From Eledone cirrhosa (taxonomy: Eukaryota), in the NCBI GenBank assembly GCA_964016885.1, contig OZ024740.1, positions 213,838,001 to 213,902,000 of the forward strand: 64,000 bases of DNA, in the 5' to 3' direction. Under the pieces are notes generated by a model. The model had not been told where the DNA came from. It was given only the letters and a program-made list of their open reading frames with translations, and did not search any database. Both the position numbers and the translations under genes were made by a program. Of this stretch, positions 24,801 through 38,000 are shown one piece after another (position 1 is the stretch's first letter; every line of letters starts with the position of its first letter).

Positions 24801-27800
24801 GTAACAAGCTAGAGACATGGTTGGGTATTATATTAAATACCTTTATATATTTACTGTCATTCCTCTACAGTAACAAGCTAGAGACATGGGTATTATATTA
24901 AATACCTTTATATATTTACTCTCATTCCTCTACAGTAACAAGCTAGAGACATGGTTGGGTATTATATTAAATACCTTTATATATTTACTGTCATTCCTCT
25001 ACAGTAACAAGCTGGAGACATGGGTATTATATTAAATACCTTTATATATTTACTGTCATTCCTCTACAGTAACAAGCTAGAGACATGGGTATTATATTAA
25101 ATACCTTTATATATTTACTGTCATTCCTCTACAGTAACAAGCTAGAGACATGGTTGGGTATTATATTAAATACCTTTATATATTTACTGTTATTCCTCTA
25201 CAGTAACAAGCTAGAGACATGGTTGGGTATTATATTAAATACCTTTATATATTTACTGTCATTCCTCTACAGTAACAAGCTAGAGACATGGGTATTATAT
25301 TAAATACCTTTATATATTTACTGTCATTCCTCTACAGTAACAAGCTAGAGACATGGTTGGGTATTATATTAAATACCTTTATATATTTACTGTTATTCCT
25401 CTACAGTAACAAGCTAGAGACATGGTTGGGTATTATATTAAATACCTTTAAATATTTACTGTTATTCCTCTACAGTAACAAGCTAGAGACATGGTTGGGT
25501 ATTATATTAAATACCTTTAAATATTTACTGTTATTCCTCTACAGTAACAAGCTAGAGACATGGTTGGGTATTATATTAAATACCTTTATATATTTACTGT
25601 TATTCCTCTACAGTAACAAGCTAGAGACATGGTTGGGTATTATATTAAATACCTTTAAATATTTACTGTTATTCCTCTACAGTAACAAGCTAGAGACACG
25701 GTTGGGTATTATATTAAATACCTTTATATATTTACTGTTATTCCTCTACAGTAACAAGCTAGAGACATTGTTGGGTATTATATTAAATACCTTTATATAT
25801 TTACTGTCATTCCTCTACAGTAACAAGCTAGAGACATGGTTGGGTATTATATTAAATACCTTTATATATTTACTGTCATTCCTCTACAGTAACAAGCTAG
25901 AGACATGGGTATTATATTAAATACCTTTATATATTTACTCTCATTCCTCTACAGTAACAAGCTAGAGACATGGTTGCGTATTATATTAAATACCTTTATA
26001 TATTTACTGTCATTCCTCTACAGTAACAAGCTAGAGACATGGGTATTATATTAAATACCTTTATATATTTACTCTCATTCCTCTACAGTAACAAGCTAGA
26101 GACATGGGTATTATATTAAATACCTTTATATATTTACTGTTATTCCTCTACAGTAACAAGCTAGAGACATGGTTGGGTATTATATTAAATACCTTTATAT
26201 ATTTACTGTCATTCCTCTACAGTAACAAGCTAGAGACATGGGTATTATATTAGATAATTTTATATATTTACTGTTATTCCTCTACAGTAACAAGCTAGAG
26301 ACATGAGTATTATATTAGATACCTTTATATATTTACTGTTATTCCTCTACAGTAACAAGCTAGAGACATGGGTATTATATTAAATACCTTTATATATTTA
26401 CTGTCATTCCTCTACAGTAACAAGCTAGAGACATGGGTATTATATTAAATACCTTTATATATTTACATGTTATTCCTCTACAGTAACAAGCTAGAGACAT
26501 GGTTGGGTATTATATTAAATACCTTTATATATTTACTGTCATTCTTCTACAGTAACAAGCTAGAGACATGGGTATTATATTAAATACCTTTATATATTTA
26601 CTCTCATTCCTCTACAGTAACAAGCTAGAGATATGGTTGCGTATTATATTAAATACCTTTATATATTTACTGTCATTCCTCTACAGTAACAAGCTAGAGA
26701 CATGGTTGGGTATTATATTAAATACCTTTATATATTTACTGTTATTCCTCTACAGTAACAAGCTAGAAACATGGTTGGTATTATATTAAATACCTTTATA
26801 TATTTACTGTCATTCCTCTACAGTAACAAGCTAGAGACATGGTTGGGTATTATATTAAATACCTTTATATATTTACTGTCATTCCTCTACAGTAACAAGC
26901 TAGAGACATGGTTGGGTATTATATTAAATACCTTTAAATATTTACTGTTATTCCTCTACAGTAACAAGCTAGAGACATGGTTGGGTATTATATTAAATAC
27001 CTTTAAATATTTACTGTTATTCCTCTACAGTAACAAGCTAGAGACATGGTTGGGTATTATATTAAATACCTTTATATATTTACTGTTATTCCTCTACAGT
27101 AACAAGCTAGAGACATGGGTATTATATTAAATACCTTTAAATATTTACTGTTATTCCTCTACAGTAACATGCTAGAGACATGGGTATTATATTAAATACC
27201 TTTATATATTTACTGTTATTCCTCTACAGTAACAAGCTAGAGACATGGTTGGGTATTATGTTAAATACCTTTATATATTTACTGTTATTCCTCTACAGTA
27301 ACAAGCTAGAGACATGGGTATTATATTAAATACCTTTATATATTTACTGTTATTCCTCTACAGTAACAAGCTAGAGACATGGTTGGGTATTATATTAAAT
27401 ACCTTTATATATTTACTGTTATTCCTCTACAGTAACAAGCTAGAGACATGGTTGGGTATTATATTAAATACCTTTAAATATTTACTGTTATTCCTCTACA
27501 GTAACAAGCTAGAGACATGGGTATTATATTAAATACCTTTATATATTTACTGTTATTCCTCTACAGTAACAAGCTAGAGACATGGTTGGGTATTATATTA
27601 AATACCTTTATATATTTACTGTCATTCCTCTACAGTAACAAGCTAGAGACATGGGTATTATATTAGATAATTTTATATATTTACTGTTATTCCTCTAAAT
27701 TAACAAGCTAGAGACATGAGTATTATATTAGATACCTTTATATATTTACTGTTATTCCTCTACAGTAACAAGCTAGAGACATGGGTATTATATTAAATAC

Positions 27801-30800
27801 CTTTATATATTTACTGTCATTCCTCTACAGTAACAAGCTAGAGACATGGTTGGGTATTATATTAAATACCTTTATATATTTACTGTCATTCCTCTACAGT
27901 AACAAGCTAGAGACATGGTTGGGTATTATATTAAATACCTTTATATATTTACTGTCATTCCTCTACAGTAACAAGCTAGAGACATGGTTGGGTATTATAT
28001 TAAATACCTTTAAATATTTACTGTTATTCCTCTACAGTAACAAGCTAGAGACATGGTTGGGTATTATATTAAATACCTTTATATATTTACTGTTATTCCT
28101 CTACAGTAACAAGCTAGAGACATGGGTATTATATTAAATACCTTTATATATTTACTGTCATTCCTCTACAGTAACAAGCTAGAGACATGGGTATTATATT
28201 AAATACCTTTATATATTTACTGTTATTCCTCTACAGTAACAAGCTAGAGACATGGGTATTATATTAAATACCTTTATATATTTACTGTTATTCCTCTACA
28301 GTAACAAGCTAGAGACATGGGTATTATATTAAATACCTTTAAATATTTACGGTTATTCCTCTACAGTAACAAGCTAGAGACATGGGTATTATATTAAATA
28401 CCTTTATATATTTACTGTTATTCCTCTACAGTAACAAGCTAGAGACATGGGTATTATATTAAATACCTTTATATATTTACTGTCATTCCTCTACAGTAAC
28501 AAGCTAGAGACATGGGTATTATATTAAATACCTTTATATATTTACTGTCATTCCTCTACAGTAACAAGCTAGAGACATGGGTATTATATTAAATACCTTT
28601 ATATATTTACTGTTATTCCTCTACAGTAACAAGCTAGAGACATGGTTGGGTATTATATTAAATACCTTTATATATTTACTCTCATTCCTCTACAGTAACA
28701 AGCTAGAGACATGGTTGCGTATTATATTAAATACCTTTATATATTTACTGTCATTCCTCTACAGTAACAAGCTAGAGACATGGGTATTATATTAAATACC
28801 TTTATATATTTACTGTCATTCCTCTACAGTAACAAGCTAGAGACATAGTTGGGTATTATATTAAATACCTTTATATATTTACTGTTATTCCTCTACAGTA
28901 ACAAGCTAGAGACATGGTTGGTATTATATTAAATACCTTTATATATTTACTGTCATTCCTCTACAGTAACAAGCTAGAGACATGGTTGGGTATTATATTA
29001 AATACCTTTATATATTTACTGTCATTCCTCTACAGTAACAAGCTAGAGACATGGTTGGGTATTATATTAAATACCTTTATATATTTACTGTTATTCCTCT
29101 ACAGTAACAAGCTAGAGACATGGTTGGGTATTATATTAAATACCTTTAAATATTTACTGTTATTCCTCTACAGTAACAAGCTAGAGACATGGTTGGGTAT
29201 TATATTAAATACCTTTAAATATTTACTGTTATTCCTCTACAGTAACAAGCTAGAGACATGGTTGGGTATTATATTAAATACCTTTATATATTTACTGTTA
29301 TTCCTCTACAGTAACAAGCTAGAGACATGGTTGGTATTATATTAAATACCTTTATATATTTACTGTTATTCCTCTACAGTAACAAGCTAGAGACATGGTT
29401 GGGTATTATATTAAATACCTTTATATATTTACTGTCATTCCTCTACAGTAACAAGCTAGAGACATGGGTATTATATTAAATACCTTTATATATTTACTGT
29501 TATTCCTCTACAGTAACAAGCTAGAGACATGGGTATTATATTAAATACCTTTATATATTTACTGTTATTCCTCTACAGTAACAAGCTAGAGACATGGTTG
29601 GGTATTATATTAAATACCTTTATATATTTACTGTTATTCCTCTACAGTAACAAGCTAGAGACATGGTTGGGTATTATATTAAATACCTTTAAATATTTAC
29701 TGTTATTCCTCTACAGTAACAAGCTAGAGACATGGGTATTATATTAAATACCTTTATATATTTACTGTTATTCCTCTACAGTAACAAGCTAGAGACATGG
29801 TTGGGTATTATATTAAATACCTTTATATATTTACTGTCATTCCTCTACAGTAACAAGCTAGAGACATGGGTATTATATTAGATAATTTTATATATTTACT
29901 GTTATTCCTCTACAGTAACAAGCTAGAGACATGAGTATTATATTAGATACCTTTATATATTTACTGTTATTCCTCTACAGTAACAAGCTAGAGACATGGG
30001 TATTATATTAAATACCTTTATATATTTACTGTCATTCCTCTACAGTAACAAGCTAGAGACATGGTTGGGTATTATATTAAATACCTTTATATATTTACTG
30101 TCATTCCTCTACAGTAACAAGCTAGAGACATGGTTGGGTATTATATTAAATACCTTTATATATTTACTGTCATTCCTCTACAGTAACAAGCTAGAGACAT
30201 GGTTGGGTATTATATTAAATACCTTTAAATATTTACTGTTATTCCTCTACAGTAACAAGCTAGAGACATGGTTGGGTATTATATTAAATACCTTTATATA
30301 TTTACTGTTATTCCTCTACAGTAACAAGCTAGAGACATGGGTATTATATTAAATACCTTTATATATTTACTGTCATTCCTCTACAGTAACAAGCTAGAGA
30401 CATGGGTATTATATTAAATACCTTTAAATATTTACGGTTATTCCTCTACAGTAACAAGCTAGAGACATGGGTATTATATTAAATACCTTTATATATTTAC
30501 TGTTATTCCTCTACAGTAACAAGCTAGAGACATGGTTGGTATTATATTAAATACCTTTATATATTTACTGTTATTCCTCTACAGTAACAAGCTAGAGACA
30601 TGGTTGGGTATTATATTAAATACCTTTATATATTTACTGTCATTCCTCTACAGTAACAAGCTAGAGACATGGGTATTATATTAAATATCTTTATATATTT
30701 ACTGTTATTCCTCTACAGTAACAAGCTAGAGACATGGTTGGGTATTATATTAAATACCTTTAAATATTTACTGTCATTCTTCTACAGTAACAAGCTAGAG

Positions 30801-32328
30801 ACATGGGTATTATATTAAATACCTTTATATATTTACTGTTATTCCTCTACAGTAACAAGCTAGAGACATGGGTATTATATTAAATACCTTTATATATTTA
30901 CTGTTATTCCTCTACAGTAACAAGCTAGAGACATGGGTATTATATTAAATACCTTTATATATTTACTGTTATTCCTCTACAGTAACAAGCTAGAGACATG
31001 GTTGGGTATTATATTAAATACCTTTATATATTTACTGTTATTCCTCTACAGTAACAAGCTAGAGACATGGGTATTATATTAAATACCTTTATATATTTAC
31101 TGTTATTCCTCTACAGTAACAAGCTAGAGACATGGTTGGGTATTATATTAAATACCTTTATATATTTACTGTCATTCCTCTACAGTAACAAGCTAGAGAC
31201 ATGGGTATTATATTAAATACCTTTATATATTTACTGTTATCCCTCTACAGTAACAAGCTAGAGACATGGTTGGGTATTATATTAAATACCTTTAAATATT
31301 TACTGTCATTCTTCTACAGTAACAAGCTAGAGACATGGGTATTATATTAAATACCTTTATATATTTACTGTTATTCCTCTACAGTAACAAGCTAGAGACA
31401 TGGTTGGGTATTATATTAAATACCTTTAAATATTTACTGTCATTCCTCTACAGTAACAAGCTAGAGACATGGGTATTATATTAAATACCTTTATATATTT
31501 ACTGTCATTCCTCTACATTAAAAGCTAGAGACATGGTTGGGTATTATATTAAATACCTTTATATATTTACTGTCATTCCTCTACAGTAACAAGCTAGAGA
31601 CATGGTTAGGTATTATATTAAATACCTTTATATATTTACTGTCATTCCTCTACAGTAACAAGCTAGAGACATGGTTAGGTATTATATTAAATACCTTTAT
31701 ATATTTACTGTTATTCCTCTACAGTAACAAGCTAGAGACATGGTTGGGTATTATATTAAATACCTTTATATATTTACTGTCATTCCTCTACAGTAACAAG
31801 CTAGAGACATGGTTGGGTATTATATTAAATACCTTTAAATATTTACTGTTATTCCTCTACAGTAACAAGCTAGAGACATGGTTGGGTATTATATTAAATA
31901 CCTTTATATATTTACTGTTATTCCTCTACAGTAACAAGCTAGAGACATGGTTGGGTATTATATTAAATACCTTTAAATATTTACTGTCATTCTTCTACAG
32001 TAACAAGCTAGAGACATGGGTATTATATTAAATACCTTTATATATTTACTGTCATTCCTCTACAGTAACAAGCTAGAGACATGGTTGGGTATTATATTAA
32101 ATACCTTTAAATATTTACTGTCATTCCTCTACAGTAACAAGCTAGAGACATGGGTATTATATTAAATACCTTTATATATTTACTGTCATTCCTCTACAGT
32201 AACAAGCTAGAGACATGGGTATTATATTAAATACCTTTATATATTTACTGTCATTCCTCTACAGTAACAAGCTAGAGACATGGGTATTGTATTAAATACC
32301 TTTAAATATTTACTGTCATTCCTCTACA
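21891..32328. repeat. 65/69-bp intronic satellite, about 155 copies (10.4 kb)
   Basis: agtaacaagctagagacatg(gttg)ggtattatattaaatacctttatatatttactgt(t/c)attcctctac. Confidence 0.97.
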
Positions 32329-32721
32329 TTTTCATTTTATGCTGAGAATCAGTTACATGGGATTTTACAAACACAGCTTTCTTCCTTAAAGAAAAATGAT
32401 CCAGATAATCCCACTTATTAGTGAAGGCATGTGGCTCAGTGGTTAGATAATTGGATTCATGTTCATGAGTTTGTGAGTTTGATTCCCAGAATGGGCAAGG
32501 TGTTATGTATGTCCTTGAGCAAGAAGACATTTTATTTTACGTTGCTCTTTTTGCCAGGAATTGTGACCAGTAGATAATATCAGCAATGGAAAGACCAATA
32601 GAAACATTGTTTCCTTGGTCTGATTTCACAAGTTCCACCCCATTTAGTAAGAGAGTAAGGTCTAGGTTCTTGTTGGTTAATAATAAATAAACAAACAATT
32701 AGGCAATGATGGGGTTTCAGT

Positions 32722-32892
32722 GAAGATTTTATTTGGTATGGGTCATTTTGGTCAAATTAGTAGCATGTGACCATGGGTAAAGATTTTATTTGGTATGGGT
32801 CATTTTTGTCAAATTAGGAGCATGACAGCATGGGTAAAGATTTTATTTGGTATGGGTCATTTCGGTCAAATTAGTAGCATGACACCATGGCT
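32722..32892. repeat. ~57-bp tandem repeat, 3 copies
   Basis: aagattttatttggtatgggtcattt..gtcaaattag.agcatg. Confidence 0.85.
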
Positions 32893-33277
32893 GATCTTTG
32901 ACAGATTTGTTTCCAATGATATAAAAAAAGTTTGATATTCTACAATATTTTGTGGTTACATGAATGAAGTAAGATTTCAGTAAGTAAAACTTACATTTTA
33001 GTTTAATAGAATAACATTTGTTCACATTTGTTTGGAAATTGAGAAGTAAATCTAGAAATAGAAAGCAATCCTAAACATTCAACATGATAGCTATCATATC
33101 TTTTCTTCTTTGTCCAATTAGTCCTGAGAGGGTTGTTGTAGCAGCGTTGATCAAACACTCCTTCCAGTGGGTCATGTCAGCTATTACATGTCAATATTAA
33201 TTTCATTGTCTTGCAGTTTCATTTCAATTAAACCTTGTTACATCTGACTTATGTAATATTTCCAACTTTCTTTCCAG

Positions 33278-33319
33278 TTATGGGACATTAAACGGAAAAG
33301 CTGCATATATAGATATAAG
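33278..33319 (+). CDS. KATNB1: KATNB1 coding exon (42 nt)
   Basis: ctttctttccAG|...AAG|GTAAAG. LWDIKRKSCIYRYK (cf. KATNB1 LWDIRRKGCVFRYR). Confidence 0.93.
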
Positions 33320-33562
33320 GTAAAGCACTTTTAACAGTTTTTATATTCAATGTTGTTATCACAACCCCCTTTCCTGAATTTCTATCCTTGTATCTATGTA
33401 AGAAACATTTGTTGGAATAGCAGAATCACTATGGTGTTTCATGTTTTGAGTTCAACTTTGATTTCATCATCCTGGGGTTAATAAAATAAGTAGTACCAGT
33501 CAACTACTGGGGTTAATAAAATAAAGTACCAGTCAACTACTGGGGTTGATAAAATCAACATA

Positions 33563-33740
33563 TGAGGATCAGCTGAAAAGATACTCTCATGGAATGACCA
33601 AATGAGGTTTATTTTTCAACATAGTCTCTAGAAAGAAACAATGCAGTTATTAATAAGAGTTGAAATGAATACATACTAGATTTCACAGCTCTAACATCAC
33701 TCCTTCATAGTCAGCCTATGAACTTTTCAGCCGACCCTCG
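33563..33740. mobile_element. Tc1/mariner-type MITE inserted in a SINE-B copy
   Basis: TA|tgaggatcagctgaaaag...cttttcagccgaccctcg|TA: imperfect TIRs with TA duplication. The flanks (about 33440-33560 and 33743-33790) rejoin into SINE family B. Confidence 0.7.
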
Positions 33741-33944
33741 TATTCCCCACCCAAATTGTTGACCTTGTGCCTAAATCATAAATCATTATATTAGGAACAA
33801 AATAATTAATCATTTGAGTAAATCCTTTAAAATTCTTCATTAATTTATTAAAAGACCATATTTCATTATAACTATGGTAATGAAAGGGTTAAATAATATT
33901 TTTGTCTTTATTTCTACTCTAATAAATTAAATGGTTTGTTTCAG

Positions 33945-34028
33945 GGCCATCAAGGATCAGTGAACAATTTACAGTTCAGTCCTGATGGTGGATGGATTGC
34001 TTCAGCAGGAGACGATGGTGTTGTAAAA
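33945..34028 (+). CDS. KATNB1: KATNB1 coding exon (84 nt)
   Basis: tttgtttcAG|...AAA|GTAAGT. GHQGSVNNLQFSPDGGWIASAGDDGVVK. Confidence 0.95.
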
Positions 34029-34094
34029 GTAAGTCTCTTCTTCAAATGTCTTTTATTTCTTTCTTCATCAACTTACTCTTCGCAGACAACTACA

Positions 34095-34789
34095 ACTCTC
34101 TCTTGCTCTTTCTCTCTCTCTATCTCTCTTCTTCTTCTTTTCTTTCTTTTTCTTTTCCTTCTTTTTCTTTTCCTTTTTTTTTCTTTCCTTCTTTTTCTTT
34201 TCCTTCTTTTTCTTTTCCTTTTTTTTTCTTTCCTTTTTCTTTTTTTTCTTTTTTTTTCTTTTTTCTTTTTCTCCTTTTCCTTTTCCTTTTCTTTTCTTTT
34301 TTCTTCTTTTTCTTCTCCTTTTCCTTTTCTTTCTTTTCCTTCTTTTCTTCCTTCCTTTCCTTCTTCTTTTCCTCCTTCTTTTCCTTCTTCTTCTTCTTCT
34401 TCTTCTTTTCCTTCTTCATTTCCTTCTTCTTTTCCTTCTTCTTCTTCTTTTCCTTCTTTTCGTTCTTTTCCTTCTTCTTCTTCTTCTTCTTCTTCTTTTC
34501 CTTTTCCTTCTTTTCCTTTTTCGTTTCCTTTTCCTTCTTTTCCTTCTCCTTCTTTTCCTTTTCCTTCTTCTTTTCCTTCTCCTTCTTTTCCTTTTCCTTC
34601 GTTTCCTTTTTCGTTTCCTTTTCCTTCTTCTTTTCCTTCTCCTTCTTTTTCTTTTTCTTCTTTTTCTTCTTCTTTTCCTTTTCCTTTTCCTTCTCCTTCT
34701 TTTTCTTTTTCTCCCTTTTCTTCTTTTCCTTTTTCTTTTCCATTGCCTTCTTTTTCTTTTTCTTTTTCTTCTTCTTCTCCTCCTCCTCT
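34095..34789. repeat. ~700-bp polypyrimidine low-complexity tract ((TTC)n / TTTTCC variants)
   Basis: Almost purely C/T on the + strand. Confidence 0.95.
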
Positions 34790-35082
34790 GGCAAGGTTGT
34801 GGACTCAGAGTCCTCAAGTACTCCTTCCTGTTGCTAACTCTTATATTTTAAGTAAGACACCTACTCTGTTGATCTTCCCCTGTCAAACTGCTAAGTTACA
34901 GTAGTTCAACAATGATGTTAGTTGTCTTACTGTGGTGCCTACATGAAGACAGACACATGCACACTCACATAGATACACACAAACATACACACACAGCGAT
35001 TCACACATACCACAAACTGCTAAGTTACAGTAGTTCAACAATGATGTTAGTTGTCTTACTGTGGTGACAGACATAGAGACAG

Positions 35083-38000
35083 ATACTCAGATACACAGGC
35101 ATATGTGCACACACAGATACACAGGCATATGTGCACACACAGATACACAGGCATATGTGCACACACACAGATACACAGGCATATGTGCACACACACAGAT
35201 ACACAGGCATATGTGCACACACACAGATACACAGGCATATGTGCACACACAGATACACAGGCATATGTGCACACACACACACATACACAGGCATATGTGC
35301 ACACTCAGATACACAGGCATATGTGCACACTCAGATACACAGGCATATGTGCACACTCAGATGCACAGGCATATGTGCACACACAGATACACAGGCATAT
35401 GTGCACACACAGATACACAGGCATATGTGCACACACAGATACACAGGCATATGTGCACACACACAGATACACAGGCATATGTGCACACACACAGATACAC
35501 AGGCATATGTGCACACACACAGATACACAGGCATATGTGCACACACACAGATACACAGGCATATGTGCACACACACAGATACACAGGCATATGTGCACAC
35601 ACACAGATACACAGGCATATGTGCACACACAGATACACAGGCATATGTGCACACACAGATACACAGGCATATGTGCACACACAGATACACAGGCATATGT
35701 GCACACACAGATACACAGGCATATGTGCACACACAGATACACAGGCATATGTGCACACACAGATACACAGGCATATGTGCACACACAGATACACAGGCAT
35801 ATGTGCACACACACAGATACACAGGCATATGTGCACACAGATACACAGGCATATGTGAACACACAGATACACAGGCATATGTGCACACACAGATACACAG
35901 GCATATGTGCACACACTCACATACACAGGCATATGTGCACACACACACATACACAGGCATATGTGCACACACACAGATACACAGGCATATGTGCACACAC
36001 AGATGCACAGGCATATGTGCACACACAGATACACAGGCATATGTGCACACACACAGATACACAGGCATATGTGCACACACAGATAAACAGGCATATGTGC
36101 ACACACAGATACACAGGCATATGTGCACACACACAGATACACAGGCATATGTGCACACATAGATACACAGGCATATATGCACACACTCAGATACACAGGC
36201 ATATGTGCACACACACAGATACACAGGCATATGTGCACACACACAGATACACAGGCATATGTGCACACACACACAGATACACAGGCATATGTGCACACAC
36301 AGATACACAGGCATATGTGCACACACTCAGATACACAGGCATATGTGCACACACACAGATACACAGGCATATGTGCACACACAGATGCACAGGCATATGT
36401 GCACACACAGATGCACAGGCATATGTGCACGCACAGATACACAGGCATATGTGCACACACACAGATACACAGGCATATGTGCACACACACAGATACACAG
36501 GCATATGTGCACACACACACATACACAGGCATATGTGCAGACACACAGATACACAGGCATATGTGCACACACACAGATACACAGGCATATGTGCACACAC
36601 ACAGATACACAGGCATATGTGCACGCACAGATACACAGGCATATGTGCACACACACAGATACACAGGCATATGTGCACACACACAGATAAACAGGCATAT
36701 GTGCTCACACACAGATACACAGGCATATGTGCACACACACAGATACACAGGCATATGTGCACACAGATACACAGGCATATGTGCACACACACAGATACAC
36801 AGGCATATGTGCACACACAGATACACAGGCATATGTGCACACACACAGATACACAGGCATATGTGCACACACACAGATACACAGGCATATGTGCACACAC
36901 ACAGATACACAGACATATGTGCACACACTCAGATACACAGGCATATGTGCACACACACAGATACACAGGCATATGTGCACACACACATACACAGGCATAT
37001 GTGCACACACTCAGATACACAGGCATATGTGCACACACACAGATACACAGGCATATGTGCACACACACAGATACACATGCATATGTGCACACACACAGAT
37101 ACACAGGCATATGTGCACACACAGATACACAGGCATATGTGCACACACACAGATACACAGGCATATGTGCACACACTCAGATACACAGGCATATGTGCAC
37201 ACACACAGATACACATGCATATGTGCACACACAGATACACAGGCATATGTGCACACACAGATACACAGGCATATGTGCACACACACAGATACACAGGCAT
37301 ATGTGCACACACAGATACACGGGCATATGTGCACACACACAGATACACAGGCATATGTGCACACACTCAGATACACAGGCATATGTGCACACACACAGAT
37401 ACACAGGCATATGTGCACACACACAGATACACAGGCATATGTGCACACACAGATACACAGGCATATGTGCACACACACAGATACACAGGCATATGTGCAC
37501 ACACTCAGATACACAGGCATATGTGCACACACACAGATACACAGGCATATGTGCACACACAGATACACAGGCATATGTGCACACACTCAGATACACAGGC
37601 ATATGTGCACACACTCAGATACACAGGCATATGTGCACACACACAGATGCACAGGCATATGTGCACACACATAGATACACAGGCATATGTGCACACACAC
37701 AGATACACAGGCATATGTGCACACACACAGATGCACAGGCATATGTGCACACACTCAGATGCACAGGCATATGTGCACACACACACATGCACAGGCATAT
37801 GTGCACACACACACATACACAGGCATATGTGCACACACACACATACACAGGCATATGTGCACACACTCAGATACACAGGCATATGTGCACACACAGATAC
37901 ACAGGCATATGTGCACACACACAGATACACAGGCATATGTGCACACAGATACACAGGCATATGTGCACACAGATACACAGGCATATGTGCACACACAGAT

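Noticed and set aside
21891-32328. Membrane-protein-like ORFs and a CRISPR-like appearance
   Set aside because: The ORFs are runs of 69-bp units. There are no unique spacers or cas genes, and the context is a eukaryotic intron.
33936-34904. 322-aa ORF and Lys/Arg/Glu-rich antisense ORFs
   Set aside because: Only 33945-34028 is exon; the rest is read-through into a low-complexity tract.
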